Origin: Candidatus Eiseniibacteriota bacterium
GTDB lineage: Bacteria; Eisenbacteria; RBG-16-71-46; CAVPCR01
Direction: 5' to 3'
DNA: 64,000 nt
Assembly: GCA_963702435.1 (NCBI GenBank)
Contig: CAVPCR010000002.1
Span: 32,001 to 96,000 of the forward strand
Below, piece by piece: positions 31,391 to 42,400 of this stretch. Positions within the stretch are counted from its first letter, which is position 1. The number at the start of each line of letters is the position of its first letter. The position numbers and the translations under genes are program-made. The notes below the pieces were generated by a model that saw only the letters and a list, made by a program, of their open reading frames with translations, was not told where the DNA came from and made no database searches.

Positions 31391-33594
31391 TCCGTGATCT
31401 CCGCGCGCAGGAGGTCGAAGATCTCGCGATCCAGCTCGCGGATCCGCTCGTAGCGGTGGCGGGCCACCTCGAGCTCCTCGCCGAGCTTCTTGAAGCCGCG
31501 GTCGATCTCGCGCTCGTCCTCCGACGAGGACCAGATGCGGAAGACCGTCTCCTCGATCGCCGGTGCCTCCGGGTAATTGCCCAGGATCAGATCGATCTCG
31601 CCGACCACCAGCTCGAACATGTTGAGCTTCAGGTGCAGGATGTCGAGCACGCGCGACTCGAGGGTCGCCTGCGCTGAGAAGTTGTGGACGAAGACCTCCT
31701 GCTCCTGCCCCAGGCGATGAACGCGTCCGATCCGCTGCTCGACCTTCATCGGGTTCCAGGGGAGGTCGAAGTTGATCACGCGCCGGCAGAACTGGAGGTT
31801 CCCGCCCTCGCCGCCGGCGTCGGTCGAGACCAGGATGCGCGCCGACTGCCGGAAGCGGCGGATCGCATCCTCGCGCTGGGCGTCGCTCATCCCGCCGTAG
31901 AAGGTGGCCACCTCGAGCCCGGCGGCGCGGAGCGCTTCCTCCAGGTAGCGGAGCGTGCCGCGGAACTGCGTGAAGATGATCGCCTTCTCGTCGTTCGCCG
32001 CGAGGAGCGCGGTGAGATGCTCGAGCTTGCTCGCCCCGTCGATCGTACGGGCGCGGGCGGCCAGCGACTCGGCCTCGGCGCGCACGGCGGGAACGGGCGC
32101 CCGGTCCTTGAGCTTCTCGAGCGTGTGCACCGCGGCGCGCGTCGAGCTCCCGATCTCCTTCTGCAAGACGAGGAGCGTCAGGTGCCAGCCGGCAGCGGCC
32201 TTCCGGAGGTCCTGATCCCGGCAGGTGTGGCGCACGAAGCGGGTCACATCGTCGTAGAGCGCGCGCTCGGCCGGGTTCAAGGCGACGAACACGGTCTCCG
32301 CCGTCCGCCGCGGGAAGGGGATCGCCGTGTCCTCGCGCCGCGTGCGCACCATGACCTGGCGCAGGCGGCGCCCGAGGCCCTGCGGATTCCGCGGCATGCG
32401 CTTGTCGCCGCGGGCGACGTGGGTGCGGCGGAACTCGCCCGCGGTGCCGAGGGTGCCGGGCCGGAGGAGCGTGACCAGGTTGTACAGCTCGCGCAGGTCG
32501 TTGTGCACCGGGGTCGCGGTCAGGAGCAGGAGGCGGCGGCTGGCGAGCGCCGAGGCGAAACCGTAGCTCAGGGTGCGATGGTTCTTGAGCCGATGCGCCT
32601 CGTCGACGATGACGATGTCGAAGTGCTCGGCGAGGATCTCCTCCTGATTGCGGCCGACGCGAGCGGTGTCGAGCGTCGTGATGAGGAGGGGATGCCCGCG
32701 GAAACGTTCGCCGCGGCGCCGGATGTGGAAGTTGAGCCCGAACTTGATCCGGAGCTCGTCCCGCCACTGGCGCTGGAGGGCGGCCGGCACCAGGATGAGC
32801 GCGCGGCGCACGAGCCCGCGCAGCACGTACTCGGAGAGGATGAGCCCGGCCTCGATCGTCTTGCCGAGACCCACCTCGTCGGCGAGGAGGGCGCGCCCGC
32901 GCATCTCCTCGACCACCTGGCGCACCGCGCGCTCCTGGTGCTGATAGCGGATGACGTCGCGCACCGTGTCGAAGGCGAGGATCTCGGTCGCCGCGCGGCG
33001 CGCGTTGAGCTCCTCGGCCATGAGCTTCAGGCGCACCTCGCGATACGAGTCGAGCTGCCCGCGCCGGTAGCGCGCGAGGATCGCCTGGTGCGAGCGATCG
33101 GCGAGGAGCACCGGACTCCGGAAGGGGCTCTCCTTGCGGCGGGTGCGCAGCGGCCTGGCGGCGGCGGCCGCCTCGGCGGCCGCCACGGCGGCAGCGGCGC
33201 GGCGCCGGGCGGCCTCGTGGGCCGCGGCGCGGGCCGCCGCGTCGGGCGCGGACTCCTCCGGCGACGAGCCCCCCGGGTCGAACGCCGCCTCGCGATCGAC
33301 GAGAGCGAGATCGGATGCCGGCGGCGCGGGCGTGCGGTGCGCGAGCTCGCTTCGACGCTCGTCGCGGCGATCCCCCCGTCCTTCCCCGTGCCGCTCGCCG
33401 CGCCGCTCCTCCCCCGGCGCCGGATCGCGGCCGACGATGTCCGGGTGGATGGACGTCAGGCGGCGGAGCTCATCGGCGAAGGCCACCTCGAGGATGTCGT
33501 AGAAGCCCCGCTCCCGGACCTCGACGACGAGCCCCGTGCCGAAGCGCGCATGCACGAGCCGATCCCCGACGCGATAGTGAGGGCGCCCGTTCAT
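31387..33594 (-). CDS. SNF2-family helicase/ATPase (YqhH/RapA-like) with N-terminal Tudor-like domain
   Basis: LADEVGLGKT, DEAH, LTATP, GGEGGNLQ, DLPWNP..EQRIGRVHR. Confidence 0.92.
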   Translation of the reverse strand: MNGRPHYRVGDRLVHARFGTGLVVEVRERGFYDILEVAFADELRRLTSIHPDIVGRDPAPGEERRGERHGEGRGDRRDERRSELAHRTPAPPASDLALVDREAAFDPGGSSPEESAPDAAARAAAHEAARRRAAAAVAAAEAAAAARPLRTRRKESPFRSPVLLADRSHQAILARYRRGQLDSYREVRLKLMAEELNARRAATEILAFDTVRDVIRYQHQERAVRQVVEEMRGRALLADEVGLGKTIEAGLILSEYVLRGLVRRALILVPAALQRQWRDELRIKFGLNFHIRRRGERFRGHPLLITTLDTARVGRNQEEILAEHFDIVIVDEAHRLKNHRTLSYGFASALASRRLLLLTATPVHNDLRELYNLVTLLRPGTLGTAGEFRRTHVARGDKRMPRNPQGLGRRLRQVMVRTRREDTAIPFPRRTAETVFVALNPAERALYDDVTRFVRHTCRDQDLRKAAAGWHLTLLVLQKEIGSSTRAAVHTLEKLKDRAPVPAVRAEAESLAARARTIDGASKLEHLTALLAANDEKAIIFTQFRGTLRYLEEALRAAGLEVATFYGGMSDAQREDAIRRFRQSARILVSTDAGGEGGNLQFCRRVINFDLPWNPMKVEQRIGRVHRLGQEQEVFVHNFSAQATLESRVLDILHLKLNMFELVVGEIDLILGNYPEAPAIEETVFRIWSSSEDEREIDRGFKKLGEELEVARHRYERIRELDREIFDLLRAEITE

Positions 33595-33693
33595 CGGATG
33601 GGTGGGACCTCTTGCTGCATGGTGCCGGACCGTCTCTGCGCGAGCGCGCCACGCGGGGTGGCTCGCGGCCGATGGTGGAATCCGCCTCGCGTC

Positions 33694-34281
33694 TTACTTG
33701 ATGAGATAGAAGTGGAACCCGGCGGCGGCCTCGACCGTGGCCGAGAACGCGTCCCCGCCGAGGAGACCGTTCAGGCGCACCGAGAGATCCACCGAGGTCG
33801 CGCGGCGGACGAAGATCTCGGCGCCGCCGCCCGCGACGAGGATGAGTCCGTCGGAGGCCGGAGCGAGCTGCCCGTTTTCGCGCACATCGGAGGGGTGGTA
33901 GAGCCCGCCCCCGAAGACCGCGTACTGCGAGCGGCCCTCCCCGCGGTTGAAGTACCGGAGGTACTCGACGGTGACATTGGCGAGCTTCAGCTTGTCGGGC
34001 CCGACCGTCTCGCCCTGATCGGCCCCCGGCCCGAAGGTCTGGCTCTCGAAGGAGATCCCCAGGGCCTGCGGTCCGCCGAGGGCATAGCGGATGCGAACCC
34101 CGAACCCCGCCCCGTGGTCGTACTCCTCGGCGAAGTCCGAAGCGCCGAAGATGAGCCCGTACTGCCCCTGGATCCCGAGGCTCAGGGTGCCGGGCCGCTC
34201 CTGGGCCGCCGCGGGACTGACCACGACCACAGCCAGGGCCATGACGATCGTCCCGGCAACCGCCGCCAGTCTGGCGTTCAC
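33694..34281 (-). CDS. Outer-membrane beta-barrel protein (8-strand type)
   Basis: Signal peptide, alternating amphipathic strands, terminal GFHFY; GAGGAGG SD. Confidence 0.7.
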   Translation of the reverse strand: MNARLAAVAGTIVMALAVVVVSPAAAQERPGTLSLGIQGQYGLIFGASDFAEEYDHGAGFGVRIRYALGGPQALGISFESQTFGPGADQGETVGPDKLKLANVTVEYLRYFNRGEGRSQYAVFGGGLYHPSDVRENGQLAPASDGLILVAGGGAEIFVRRATSVDLSVRLNGLLGGDAFSATVEAAAGFHFYLIK

Positions 34282-34433
34282 GATGGCGTTCCTCCTCGCA
34301 CGGGGGAGAGAAGACCGCTGGTCCTCGATCCGCCTCCGGGGGATGGCGGGCGCCTGGCGAGCCTCGAGGCTCGCAGCCGGGGGGTGGCCATGGTCGCCCG
34401 CGAACCGGAGCGAATCCGAGACAAAAGAGTGTA

Positions 34434-35369
34434 TCAGCCCCGGGGATGGAATCGGGAATGAACCTCGCGGAGGGCGTCCCGCTCGACGTGGGTGTAGATC
34501 TGGGTGGTCGTGATCGAGGCATGGCCGAGGAGGTCCTGAACGACCCGGAGATCCGCCCCCCCCATGAGCAGATGGGTCGCGCAGGCGTGTCGCAGGAGAT
34601 GCGGCCCGATCGGCCGCCCGGGCCGGAGGAGGCCGCTCGCGCGGGCGTGGCGCTTGAGGATGTCGAACACGCCGGCCCGGGTCAGAGCCCCGCCCCGGTG
34701 GTTGAGAAAGACCGGCGGCTCGCCCCGGCTGCTCCGGCGGCGCGCGAGGAGCGCCGGCCGGCTCGCATCCAGGTAGCGCGTGAGAGCGGCGATGGCCGGG
34801 CGGCCGAGGGGGACAGCGCGCTCCTTCCCCCCCTTCCCGAAGCAGACGAGGTAGCCCTGGTCCACGTGCAATGACCCGGCGATGAGACCGGTCACCTCGG
34901 AGACGCGCATGCCCGTTGCATAGAGCACCTCGAGGAGAGCGCGGTCCCGCACCCCGAGGATGGAGTCCGCATCCGGAGTGGCGAGGAGCGCGTCGATCTC
35001 CTCGATCGAAATCGTGCGCGGCAGTCGCCGCCTGACGCGGGGCCGGCCGAGATCGAGGGCCGGGTTCCGCGCGATGAAACCGCTGCTCGTGAGGTAGGCG
35101 AGAAAGCCGCGGAGCGCCGACTGGTGCCGGGCGACCGAGGTGGCCTTGAGCCCGGCGTCGGCCAGGAAGCGCATGTGCGCGGCCAGCCGGCTGTACGAAA
35201 CCCCCCTCAGCTCATCCTCGTTCTCGATCCGCGCCGCATCGAGAAAGCACATCAGATCGCGCCCGTAAGCTTCCACGGAGCGAGGAGATAGACGGCGCTC
35301 GAGGGCCAGGTGATCGAGATAGGCCGCGAGCCGGCGACGGGCGGACCCCGCGGTAACCGTGCCGCTCAT
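34434..35369 (-). CDS. xerD: Tyrosine recombinase XerD
   Basis: LYATGMRVSE, GKGGKER, HLLRHACATH, LLGH, TQIYTH, HPRG; GMRVSE type fits XerD. Confidence 0.85.
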   Translation of the reverse strand: MSGTVTAGSARRRLAAYLDHLALERRLSPRSVEAYGRDLMCFLDAARIENEDELRGVSYSRLAAHMRFLADAGLKATSVARHQSALRGFLAYLTSSGFIARNPALDLGRPRVRRRLPRTISIEEIDALLATPDADSILGVRDRALLEVLYATGMRVSEVTGLIAGSLHVDQGYLVCFGKGGKERAVPLGRPAIAALTRYLDASRPALLARRRSSRGEPPVFLNHRGGALTRAGVFDILKRHARASGLLRPGRPIGPHLLRHACATHLLMGGADLRVVQDLLGHASITTTQIYTHVERDALREVHSRFHPRG

Positions 35370-35803
35370 GCGCTGGGGTCCTTCTCATCTAGAGGCCCCG
35401 GGGCCGCGAGCGACGCGCGCACGGCGGCAGGCATGGCCACGGGCCGCCGGTCGCGATCCACGCAGATGTGGGTCGTCGACCCGGTGGCGAGCAGACGGCC
35501 GTCACGGCGGAGCTCGTACGCGAAGTCCACCTGCCGGGAGCGGACGCGGCTCACGCGGGTGTGGATCTCGAACTCGTCGTCGTAGGCCAGGGGCTCGCGG
35601 AGCTCGCCGGAGAAGGTCGCTACCGGCATGAAGTAGCCGGCAGCCTCGAGCTCGCGGTAGGGAAGGCCGGCCGCGCGCATGTAGGACGTGCGGCCGATCT
35701 CGAACCAGACGAGGAAGTTGGCGTTGTAGGCGATGCCCATGCCGTCGGTCTCCGCATAGCGGACGCGCTCGCGCACGACGACCGTGGGAGGAGCCATGCC
35801 CAT
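35366..35803 (-). CDS. Acyl-CoA thioesterase (YbgC/4HBT family)
   Basis: RVRYAETDGMGIAYNANF..WFEIGR. Confidence 0.9.
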   Translation of the reverse strand: MGMAPPTVVVRERVRYAETDGMGIAYNANFLVWFEIGRTSYMRAAGLPYRELEAAGYFMPVATFSGELREPLAYDDEFEIHTRVSRVRSRQVDFAYELRRDGRLLATGSTTHICVDRDRRPVAMPAAVRASLAAPGPLDEKDPSA

Positions 35804-35939
35804 GGCGGCACGCTATCATCCCCGCTCCGACCCGGGCAAGCCGGGCGGCCGGAGCCCGGCCGGGGCCCGGCCGGAGCACGGGTCTTACCGGGGCCCGACC
35901 CGGCCCGGCGGGGGCCGGCTTCCGCGCCGTCCGCCCGGG

Positions 35940-35969
35940 TTGACGGCCCCCGGCCTCCCCTGCTAGTCT
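35940..35969 (+). promoter_or_regulatory. Putative rpsT promoter
   Basis: TTGACG-N18-TAGTCT with TGn extension. Confidence 0.5.
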
Positions 35970-36075
35970 CGCGGGTCCTTGTCCGGTACCTGCCGCGAAC
36001 GCGGCAGGCAACGATCGGCTCACGGCCCCCGGCCGCGGCCGGCAGCCACCATACAGCGGAAGGAACGAGAGACCG

Positions 36076-36330
36076 ATGCCGCATCACAAGTCAGCGGCCA
36101 AGCGCATGAAGACGAGCGAGAAGGCCCGGCTCAAGAACCGCGCCGTCAAGTCCCGCCTCAAGGGCGTGGTCAAGACGGCGGAGGACGCGCCGGCTCCCGA
36201 GGCGGCGACCGCGTTCAACGACGCCATGTCGGCGCTCGACCGGGCTGCGGCGAAGGGCATCATTCCGAAGCGCCGCGCCGACCGGAAGAAGTCCCGTCTC
36301 GCCAAGCGCCTCGTCAAGACGACGAGCTAG
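36076..36330 (+). CDS. rpsT: 30S ribosomal protein S20
   Basis: KSAAKR...N...KS...LDRAAAKGII...A.RKKSRL. Confidence 0.96.
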   Translation: MPHHKSAAKRMKTSEKARLKNRAVKSRLKGVVKTAEDAPAPEAATAFNDAMSALDRAAAKGIIPKRRADRKKSRLAKRLVKTTS

Positions 36331-36338
36331 GACGCGCC

Positions 36339-36776
36339 ATGGGGCCCAGGTCCCGGGCCCGTAACCTCCTCATCCTCCTCCTCGCGCTCGCCCTCGTGAC
36401 GCCGCGGCAGGATGCCGCGGCGGATACCGGCGAGGGCGCTTCCGACGCGCCTCCGTCCGCACCCTCGTTCCTGTCGCGCCACCGCCGGTCGCTCCTCATC
36501 GCGACCGGCGCCGGGGCAGCCGCGGCGGGCATCGCGGCCATCGCATTCCGGCAGCGGGCCAACACGACGTACGACGAGTACCGGACCGCGGCCGACCCCG
36601 AGGAGATCGCCGCGCTCTACGACGAGACCGAGAGTCTCGACAACCGCGCTGCCGCCTGCTTCATCGCGAGCGAGGCCCTCTTCGTGGCCGCGCTCTACCT
36701 CGGCTTCTTCGTTGAACCGGCACCGGTTCGCCTCGCCCCGGCGCCCGGGGGGCTCGCGCTGGCATGGCGCTTCTGA
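36339..36776 (+). CDS. Hypothetical exported/membrane protein
   Basis: Signal peptide, two hydrophobic segments, ends LAWRF; overlaps next gene. Confidence 0.6.
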   Translation: MGPRSRARNLLILLLALALVTPRQDAAADTGEGASDAPPSAPSFLSRHRRSLLIATGAGAAAAGIAAIAFRQRANTTYDEYRTAADPEEIAALYDETESLDNRAAACFIASEALFVAALYLGFFVEPAPVRLAPAPGGLALAWRF

Positions 36777-38074
36777 GCCCGCCACCCGCCGGGGCGCGCC
36801 TCGCTCTCCCCGTCTCCCTCCTTCTCACCGGCGTCCTCGCTCTCGCCGCCGCCTCCTGCAGCAACCGCGAGCACCTGAATCCCCTCGATCCTGCCAACCC
36901 GGAGACCGGCGGCGTCCCCTGGCGGTTCGCCGCGGTGGCCGCCGATCGTGCCGTGGATCTTCGCTGGGAGACGCAGGAATTGACAGACCTCGGCGGCTTC
37001 CACATCGTGCGCGCGGCGGGCGACAGCGCCGACTCGACCATCGCCACCGTCCCCTCCCGCACCGCCGCCTATCGCGACACGACCGTCGCCAACGGCGTCG
37101 ACTACAGCTACCGCCTCGTGCCCTTCCTCGCGGACGGTCGCCCGGTCGCCCCCGACGGCCCCGTCTCCGCGACCCCCGGTCCGGCCGAGGTCTGGGTGGC
37201 CGACACCGGCGGCTTCGAGGTCGTGCGCATCGCTCCCGACGCCCGCGCGATCGCCCTCCGGGTCCGCGGCTTCCGCGCGCCCAACTCGGTCGCCGTCAGC
37301 GCGCGGGACGGCCTCGTCTGGGTGGCCGACTCCTTCGGCGGGCGCGTGGTGGCGCTCGCGCGCGACGGGACGCTCGTGCGCGCCGTCGAGGGCTTCGTCG
37401 TGCCGAAGGCGCTGTCGGTATCGCCCGCCGACGGGAGCGTATGGGTGGCCGACGAGCGCGCGGGCACGATCACCCACCTCACCGCCGGCGGGTCAGAGCT
37501 CGCCGCGATCGGCGGGCTCATCGAGCCCGCCGACGTGGCGGCGAATCCGCTCGACGGCTCCTGCTGGGCGGCCGATGCCGCGGCGGGCGAGGTGTGGCTC
37601 ATCGCCGCCGACGGTGCGGTCCGCGCGCGCGTCGGCGGCTTCGGCGAGCCGACCCAGCTCGCCGCCGTCCATGCCGACGGCTCCTGCTGGGTGGCCGACG
37701 ACGATGCCGACCACGTCCTCCGCATCGCTCCCGACGGCGGCGCCACCCAGATCGTCTCGCCCGTGCCGCGCCCGTTCGGCCTCGCCGTGAACCAGGAGAA
37801 CGAGGACCTGTGGGTCGGGAGCTTCGGCGCCGGCACGATCGAGCGGTACACGACGCGCGGCGGGCGGATCGATCTCATCGTGCGGGTGAGCGGCTTCGAG
37901 CGCCCGCTCGGGATCGCCGTGGATCCGATCGACGCGGGGTTGTGGGTCGTGGATTCCGGTCCCGGCGCGGTCGTGAAGCTCACGACCGCCGGGGTCGAGA
38001 GAGGTCGCGTGGGCGGCCTCTCCGTGCCCTTCGATGTGGACGTCGGGCCCGGGAGCGCCGGCCCCGTCAGATAG
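36764..38074 (+). CDS. Lipoprotein with FN3-like domain and NHL/Vgb-like beta-propeller
   Basis: Lipobox AAAS-C, NPLDP, about 7 repeats of DG.(V/C)WVAD. Confidence 0.8.
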   Translation: MALLSPPPAGARLALPVSLLLTGVLALAAASCSNREHLNPLDPANPETGGVPWRFAAVAADRAVDLRWETQELTDLGGFHIVRAAGDSADSTIATVPSRTAAYRDTTVANGVDYSYRLVPFLADGRPVAPDGPVSATPGPAEVWVADTGGFEVVRIAPDARAIALRVRGFRAPNSVAVSARDGLVWVADSFGGRVVALARDGTLVRAVEGFVVPKALSVSPADGSVWVADERAGTITHLTAGGSELAAIGGLIEPADVAANPLDGSCWAADAAAGEVWLIAADGAVRARVGGFGEPTQLAAVHADGSCWVADDDADHVLRIAPDGGATQIVSPVPRPFGLAVNQENEDLWVGSFGAGTIERYTTRGGRIDLIVRVSGFERPLGIAVDPIDAGLWVVDSGPGAVVKLTTAGVERGRVGGLSVPFDVDVGPGSAGPVR

Positions 38075-38081
38075 CTACCGC

Positions 38082-39290
38082 CTACTTCGCGCCGCGCTCG
38101 ACCGCCGCCACAAGGCGGGCCCCGGCGTCGGGAATCCCGGCCCACACGCGCACCCAGTTGGGCACGAGCGGCGGCCCGAGCGGATCGGCCCGCACCTCGT
38201 CGATCGAGGTCCGCACCGCGCGCAGGAAGACGTGCACCGTCTCCTCCTCGCTGTGCCGGTCGTACTTGAGGCCGTTGATCGCGGCCATGGCGTAGCTGTC
38301 AGCCACCGCATCCTCGGCCTCGCGCTGGTAGGCGGCGAGGAGACTCCGGAGGACGCCCTCGGAGAGGTTCACCCCCGCTGCGGCCAGGGTGCGCAGGAGA
38401 TGCTTGGTCACATCCCGCGCCATGCGATGGAGGCCGCGGCCCGGATCGCGGGCCGAGAGCTCCTGGTGCTTGTGCTCGTAGCGCTCGGCGATCTCGACCT
38501 GTCCGATGCGGGCCGGCGCCCGATGGCGGAGAGCCTCGAAGAGGGTCACGATCTCGAGCCCCCAGTCGCAGGGCAGGCGCATGCGCTGCGCGAGGTCGCA
38601 CTTGACGACGAACTCCCCGGCCAGCGCATAGCGGAAGGAGGCCAGGTAGCGCACGTAGGGATCGGCGCCGACGAGCCGCGTGAAGGCGGCGAGGAGCGGC
38701 GCCAGGAGGAGGCGGGTCACCCGCCCGTGCAGGCGATCGGTCACCCGCGCGTAATAGGCCTTGACGAAATCGAAGTCGATCGTCGGATCGATGGTCGGGA
38801 GCACGAGCCGGGCGAGCATCTCGCGGTTGTAGTTGACGACGTCGGCATCCTGGAAGGCGATGTACTCGACGCGCTCCTCGGCCAGGATGTAGCCGATGGC
38901 GAGCCACACGGCGCGGCCCTTCCCGGGCTCCCCCGTGTAGAGGTTCGCCGCGCGCATCTGGGCCAGGAACCGGCGCACGGCCGGCGACTCGTTCCACAGG
39001 ATGACCAGGCGGCCCGGATAGCGGGCGAAGAAGGCGACGGCCCGCGCATGATCGCTCGCCGTGGCTCGATTGAGCGATACGACCAGCGTGTCGAGATAGC
39101 CCACCGCGGAGAGCTCGCCGATGATGCGGCGGAGCGCCGGCCGCTCCATCTCGCCGGGGATCATGGGGATGACGAGCGCCACCGGAAAGCGCACGGCGAG
39201 CTTCTCGACGTGCGCCTCGATGTCGGCGAGCGGACGCTCGACCAGGCGCGGGAGCGCGGTGACCGGCCCGTGCTGATGGAAGTCGCTCAT
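38082..39290 (-). CDS. Glucosyl-3-phosphoglycerate synthase-like glycosyltransferase
   Basis: MSDFHQ.G, GKGRAVW, DAD, KAYYAR, GRVTRL, YALAGE, DWGLE, HKHQ. Confidence 0.8.
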   Translation of the reverse strand: MSDFHQHGPVTALPRLVERPLADIEAHVEKLAVRFPVALVIPMIPGEMERPALRRIIGELSAVGYLDTLVVSLNRATASDHARAVAFFARYPGRLVILWNESPAVRRFLAQMRAANLYTGEPGKGRAVWLAIGYILAEERVEYIAFQDADVVNYNREMLARLVLPTIDPTIDFDFVKAYYARVTDRLHGRVTRLLLAPLLAAFTRLVGADPYVRYLASFRYALAGEFVVKCDLAQRMRLPCDWGLEIVTLFEALRHRAPARIGQVEIAERYEHKHQELSARDPGRGLHRMARDVTKHLLRTLAAAGVNLSEGVLRSLLAAYQREAEDAVADSYAMAAINGLKYDRHSEEETVHVFLRAVRTSIDEVRADPLGPPLVPNWVRVWAGIPDAGARLVAAVERGAK

Positions 39291-39413
39291 GGTCCCTCCT
39301 TCTCCAACCGGCGGACGCGGGCGGGAGAGATCCGGGGGAGTCGCCGGAGATGAGCCTAGCGGCAGGCGGGCGATGGAACAAGGTGAATGAGGCGCCGGGA
39401 TGAGGCGCTGCTT

Positions 39414-42400
39414 CTAGTACCCGAACCCGATCGAGAACTCGGTGTTGGCCTGGTCGGCGATCGTGTGGAAATCGGTGGGCCAGGCGATGTCGACGCGGAG
39501 CCGCGGGTACGGCCCGCCGCCCACGAAGAAGCCGACGCCGACGCTCCCGTAGAGCGCTTCGCCCCGGACATCGTCGCCGACCCAGGCCGCATCGGCGAAG
39601 CAGGAACCGTAGAAGACCGGGAGGTCCATGGCCCCGGTGGGCATGGCGACGACCATCCGCTGGACGAGCGGGAAGCGGATCTCCTGGTTGAGGAGGAGGA
39701 GCCGCTGTCCCGCCACCGAGCGATGCGGATATCCGCGCAGGCTGAAGGCTCCGCCCACGTAGTAGCGCTGCCCCTCGTCGCCGAAGCTCACCCGGGCCTG
39801 GCCGCGGACGGCGTAAGTCATGTCGCCCGCGATCCGGCGATACCAGCGGTAGTCCCCGAGCACGCTCACGTAGTCGCCGATCCCGGCGCCGAGGTCGGTG
39901 GTGAGCCCGAGCGTGACGCCGTAGCGGACGCCGTCGAAGGGGCCGATCCGCGACCACAAGGTCGAGTCGTGCACGTAGGAAAAGAGGTTCGAGACGAAGT
40001 AGGTGTCGCCCTGCACGCCGGAGCGATAGAGATGGTTCGTGATGCGGCGGGCGACGAGCGAGGTTTCGATGCGATTGAACCGGCTCAGCGGATAGCTCGC
40101 GAGGAAGAGTCCGCCCAGGCGGCTCTCCTGCAGGAAGAGATCGAGGTCCGCGTTGTAGGTGCGCGCGAGGCGGAAGGCGCCGAGCGCCCAGTTGATGCGG
40201 CGCTTCGAGTTGTAGTAGGTGACGCCGACGTCGAAGGCGTCGAGGAAGCTCCCGCCGTCCCCACCCTCGTTGGCGATGAAGAGGAGGATCTGCTCGTTGT
40301 TGAGGAGATCCGAGAAGGCGATCTGGCCGCCGCCCCCGCCGCCGAAGTCAGGATCGAAGGCCACTCCTCCCTGGATGAGATCGAGCGCGAAGCGGCGCTG
40401 GTAGCCGCTCACCGGATAGGTCGTGTCGGGGGTCGCCGGCTCCCAGCGCGCGTTCGCCTCCCGGTCGGGACCGTCGAGATCAGTGAGCGCATCCGGCGGC
40501 CAGCTCGGGACCGGATCGACGAGGCCCATCTCCTCGCGGCCGAAGAGCATGGCGAGAGCGGGTGCGACGGAGGCCGGCTCCGGTGCCGCCGGCGGGGGCT
40601 CCTCCGCCGCGGGGAGTTCCACGACGGGGGTGGCGTAGATGGCGAAGGTCTGCTCGACGAAGGTCGTGAAGAGGAGGCTCTTCCCGTCGGGCGTCCACTC
40701 CGGATCGAGGGCCGCGGTCTGGAAGCGCCGGAGCGGGGTGACCCGCCCACCGAGATCGGCGACGTAGAGATCGAAGGTCCCCTCCTGCCGGTCGGAGCGG
40801 AACGCGATCCGCTCGCCGTCGGGCGCGAAGGAGGGCTCGGAGTCCTCGTGGGAACCGCTCGTGAGCGCCGTGATCGCGCCGCTCTCGAGATCGAGGAGAT
40901 AGAGGTTCGTCGCACCGCTCGGCCCCTCGGAGCAGCGATCGGACGCGAAGACGATCGTCCTCCCGTCCGGCGACCAGTCGGGGTCCCGATCGTCGTAGAG
41001 ATCGCTCGTGAGCGCGGCGAGGCCCGTCCCGTCGCGAGCGACCCGGTAGAGATCGCGGTGCCCCGCGACATCGACACCGCTCATCACGATGGATCGTCCG
41101 TCGGGCGACCACGCCGGCGAGCCGAGGGCGACGAGCGACGGGAAGTCGAGGGTCGTTAGGCGCCGGCGCCGGTCCACGTCCACGATGTGCAGCACGTCGC
41201 GGGCGCCGGAGCGGGCCACGAACACGACCTCGCGCGCCGCATTCACGTCGAGCGCGCTCTCGAAGAAGTGGAGGCTCTCGAACTCCTCGCTCGAGCCGCC
41301 CTTGGCGAGGAGGATGGGCGGCGGCGCCTTCTCCGGCGGCACGCCGGCCTCGTAGCGGCCATGGCGAAGGCCCGCGTATCCGCCGTGGCTCGAGAGGAAT
41401 ACGAGCTCGAGATCGCCTTCCGCGGCGTCCGCCGTGTTCCCTGCCGTCGCCGTGTCCGCCGGCGACGGCACCGGACATGCCGCCACGTTGAAGTCCCCGT
41501 GCCCGACCACCCGCCGGGCGGCAACGTCCACCGCCTCCCGCTCCCTGACCTGCGGGTAGTAGCACCGCCGGAGCTCCGCGGTCCACGCCGTGTTGAGCTC
41601 GGCGGTCGTGACGCCGAGGATCTCGTTCGTCAGCACGTCGAACTTGTCGCTCTTCCACCATCGCTTCAGGTACTCGAGCACCTTGTCGCGCCCGTGCTTC
41701 TCGGCGATGAAGAGGAGGATCGACTGGCCTTCCTTGTACATCTGGAAAGTGCCGTCGATCGTCCACAGGTCCTCGATCGGGACCAGGCGGTCGTGGATCA
41801 CGCAATCGCGGAGGACCATGTCGGCCCGTGCGTCCCAGTCGGTGGCCAGGAACTCGGCGAGCCCCTCCACGTACCAGAGCGGAGGATAGGAGTAGCGGGT
41901 CTTCTTGTGCGCGCGCATGTCCTGGGCGAGCTTCTCGAGCATGAGGGCATGCACGAGCTCGTGGCGCACGACCCAGCGGAGCCGATGGTAGGAGCCCGTG
42001 TGCGGGACGAGGACCCGGCCCTTGATGAGATCGGTGAGCCCGCCCACCTCCTCGGGCACGATCGAGGGCGTCACGTTCGTCTGCTCGAAGTCGCGATGCG
42101 TCGAGTAGAGGAGGAACGGGATCCGCCCCGCGCGGAGCGAGTCGAGCTCCATCTCGGCCATGAGCTCGATGCACGCTTCTTCGGCCATCGCCGCCACCCA
42201 GTGCGCGAGCTCCCGCTCCTCCGGGTAGAAGTGGAGCGAGAGATGCGGAGTCTCCATCACCTGCCAGGTCAAGTCGGTGTACTGGACCTTGTTCTTCCCG
42301 AAGAAGAGCTGCGCGCGGGCCGGGGCGGCGGCGGCCAGGAGGAAGAGCGCGGCGGCGAGAGCCGGAACGGCGGGCGCGCGAAGGAGCCGGGCGAGACGGG

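Noticed and set aside
34434..35369. Tyrosine recombinases as prophage or island integrases (also 57141..58049)
   Set aside because: About 300 aa, XerC/D-type termini, housekeeping neighbours, no att repeats or phage genes seen
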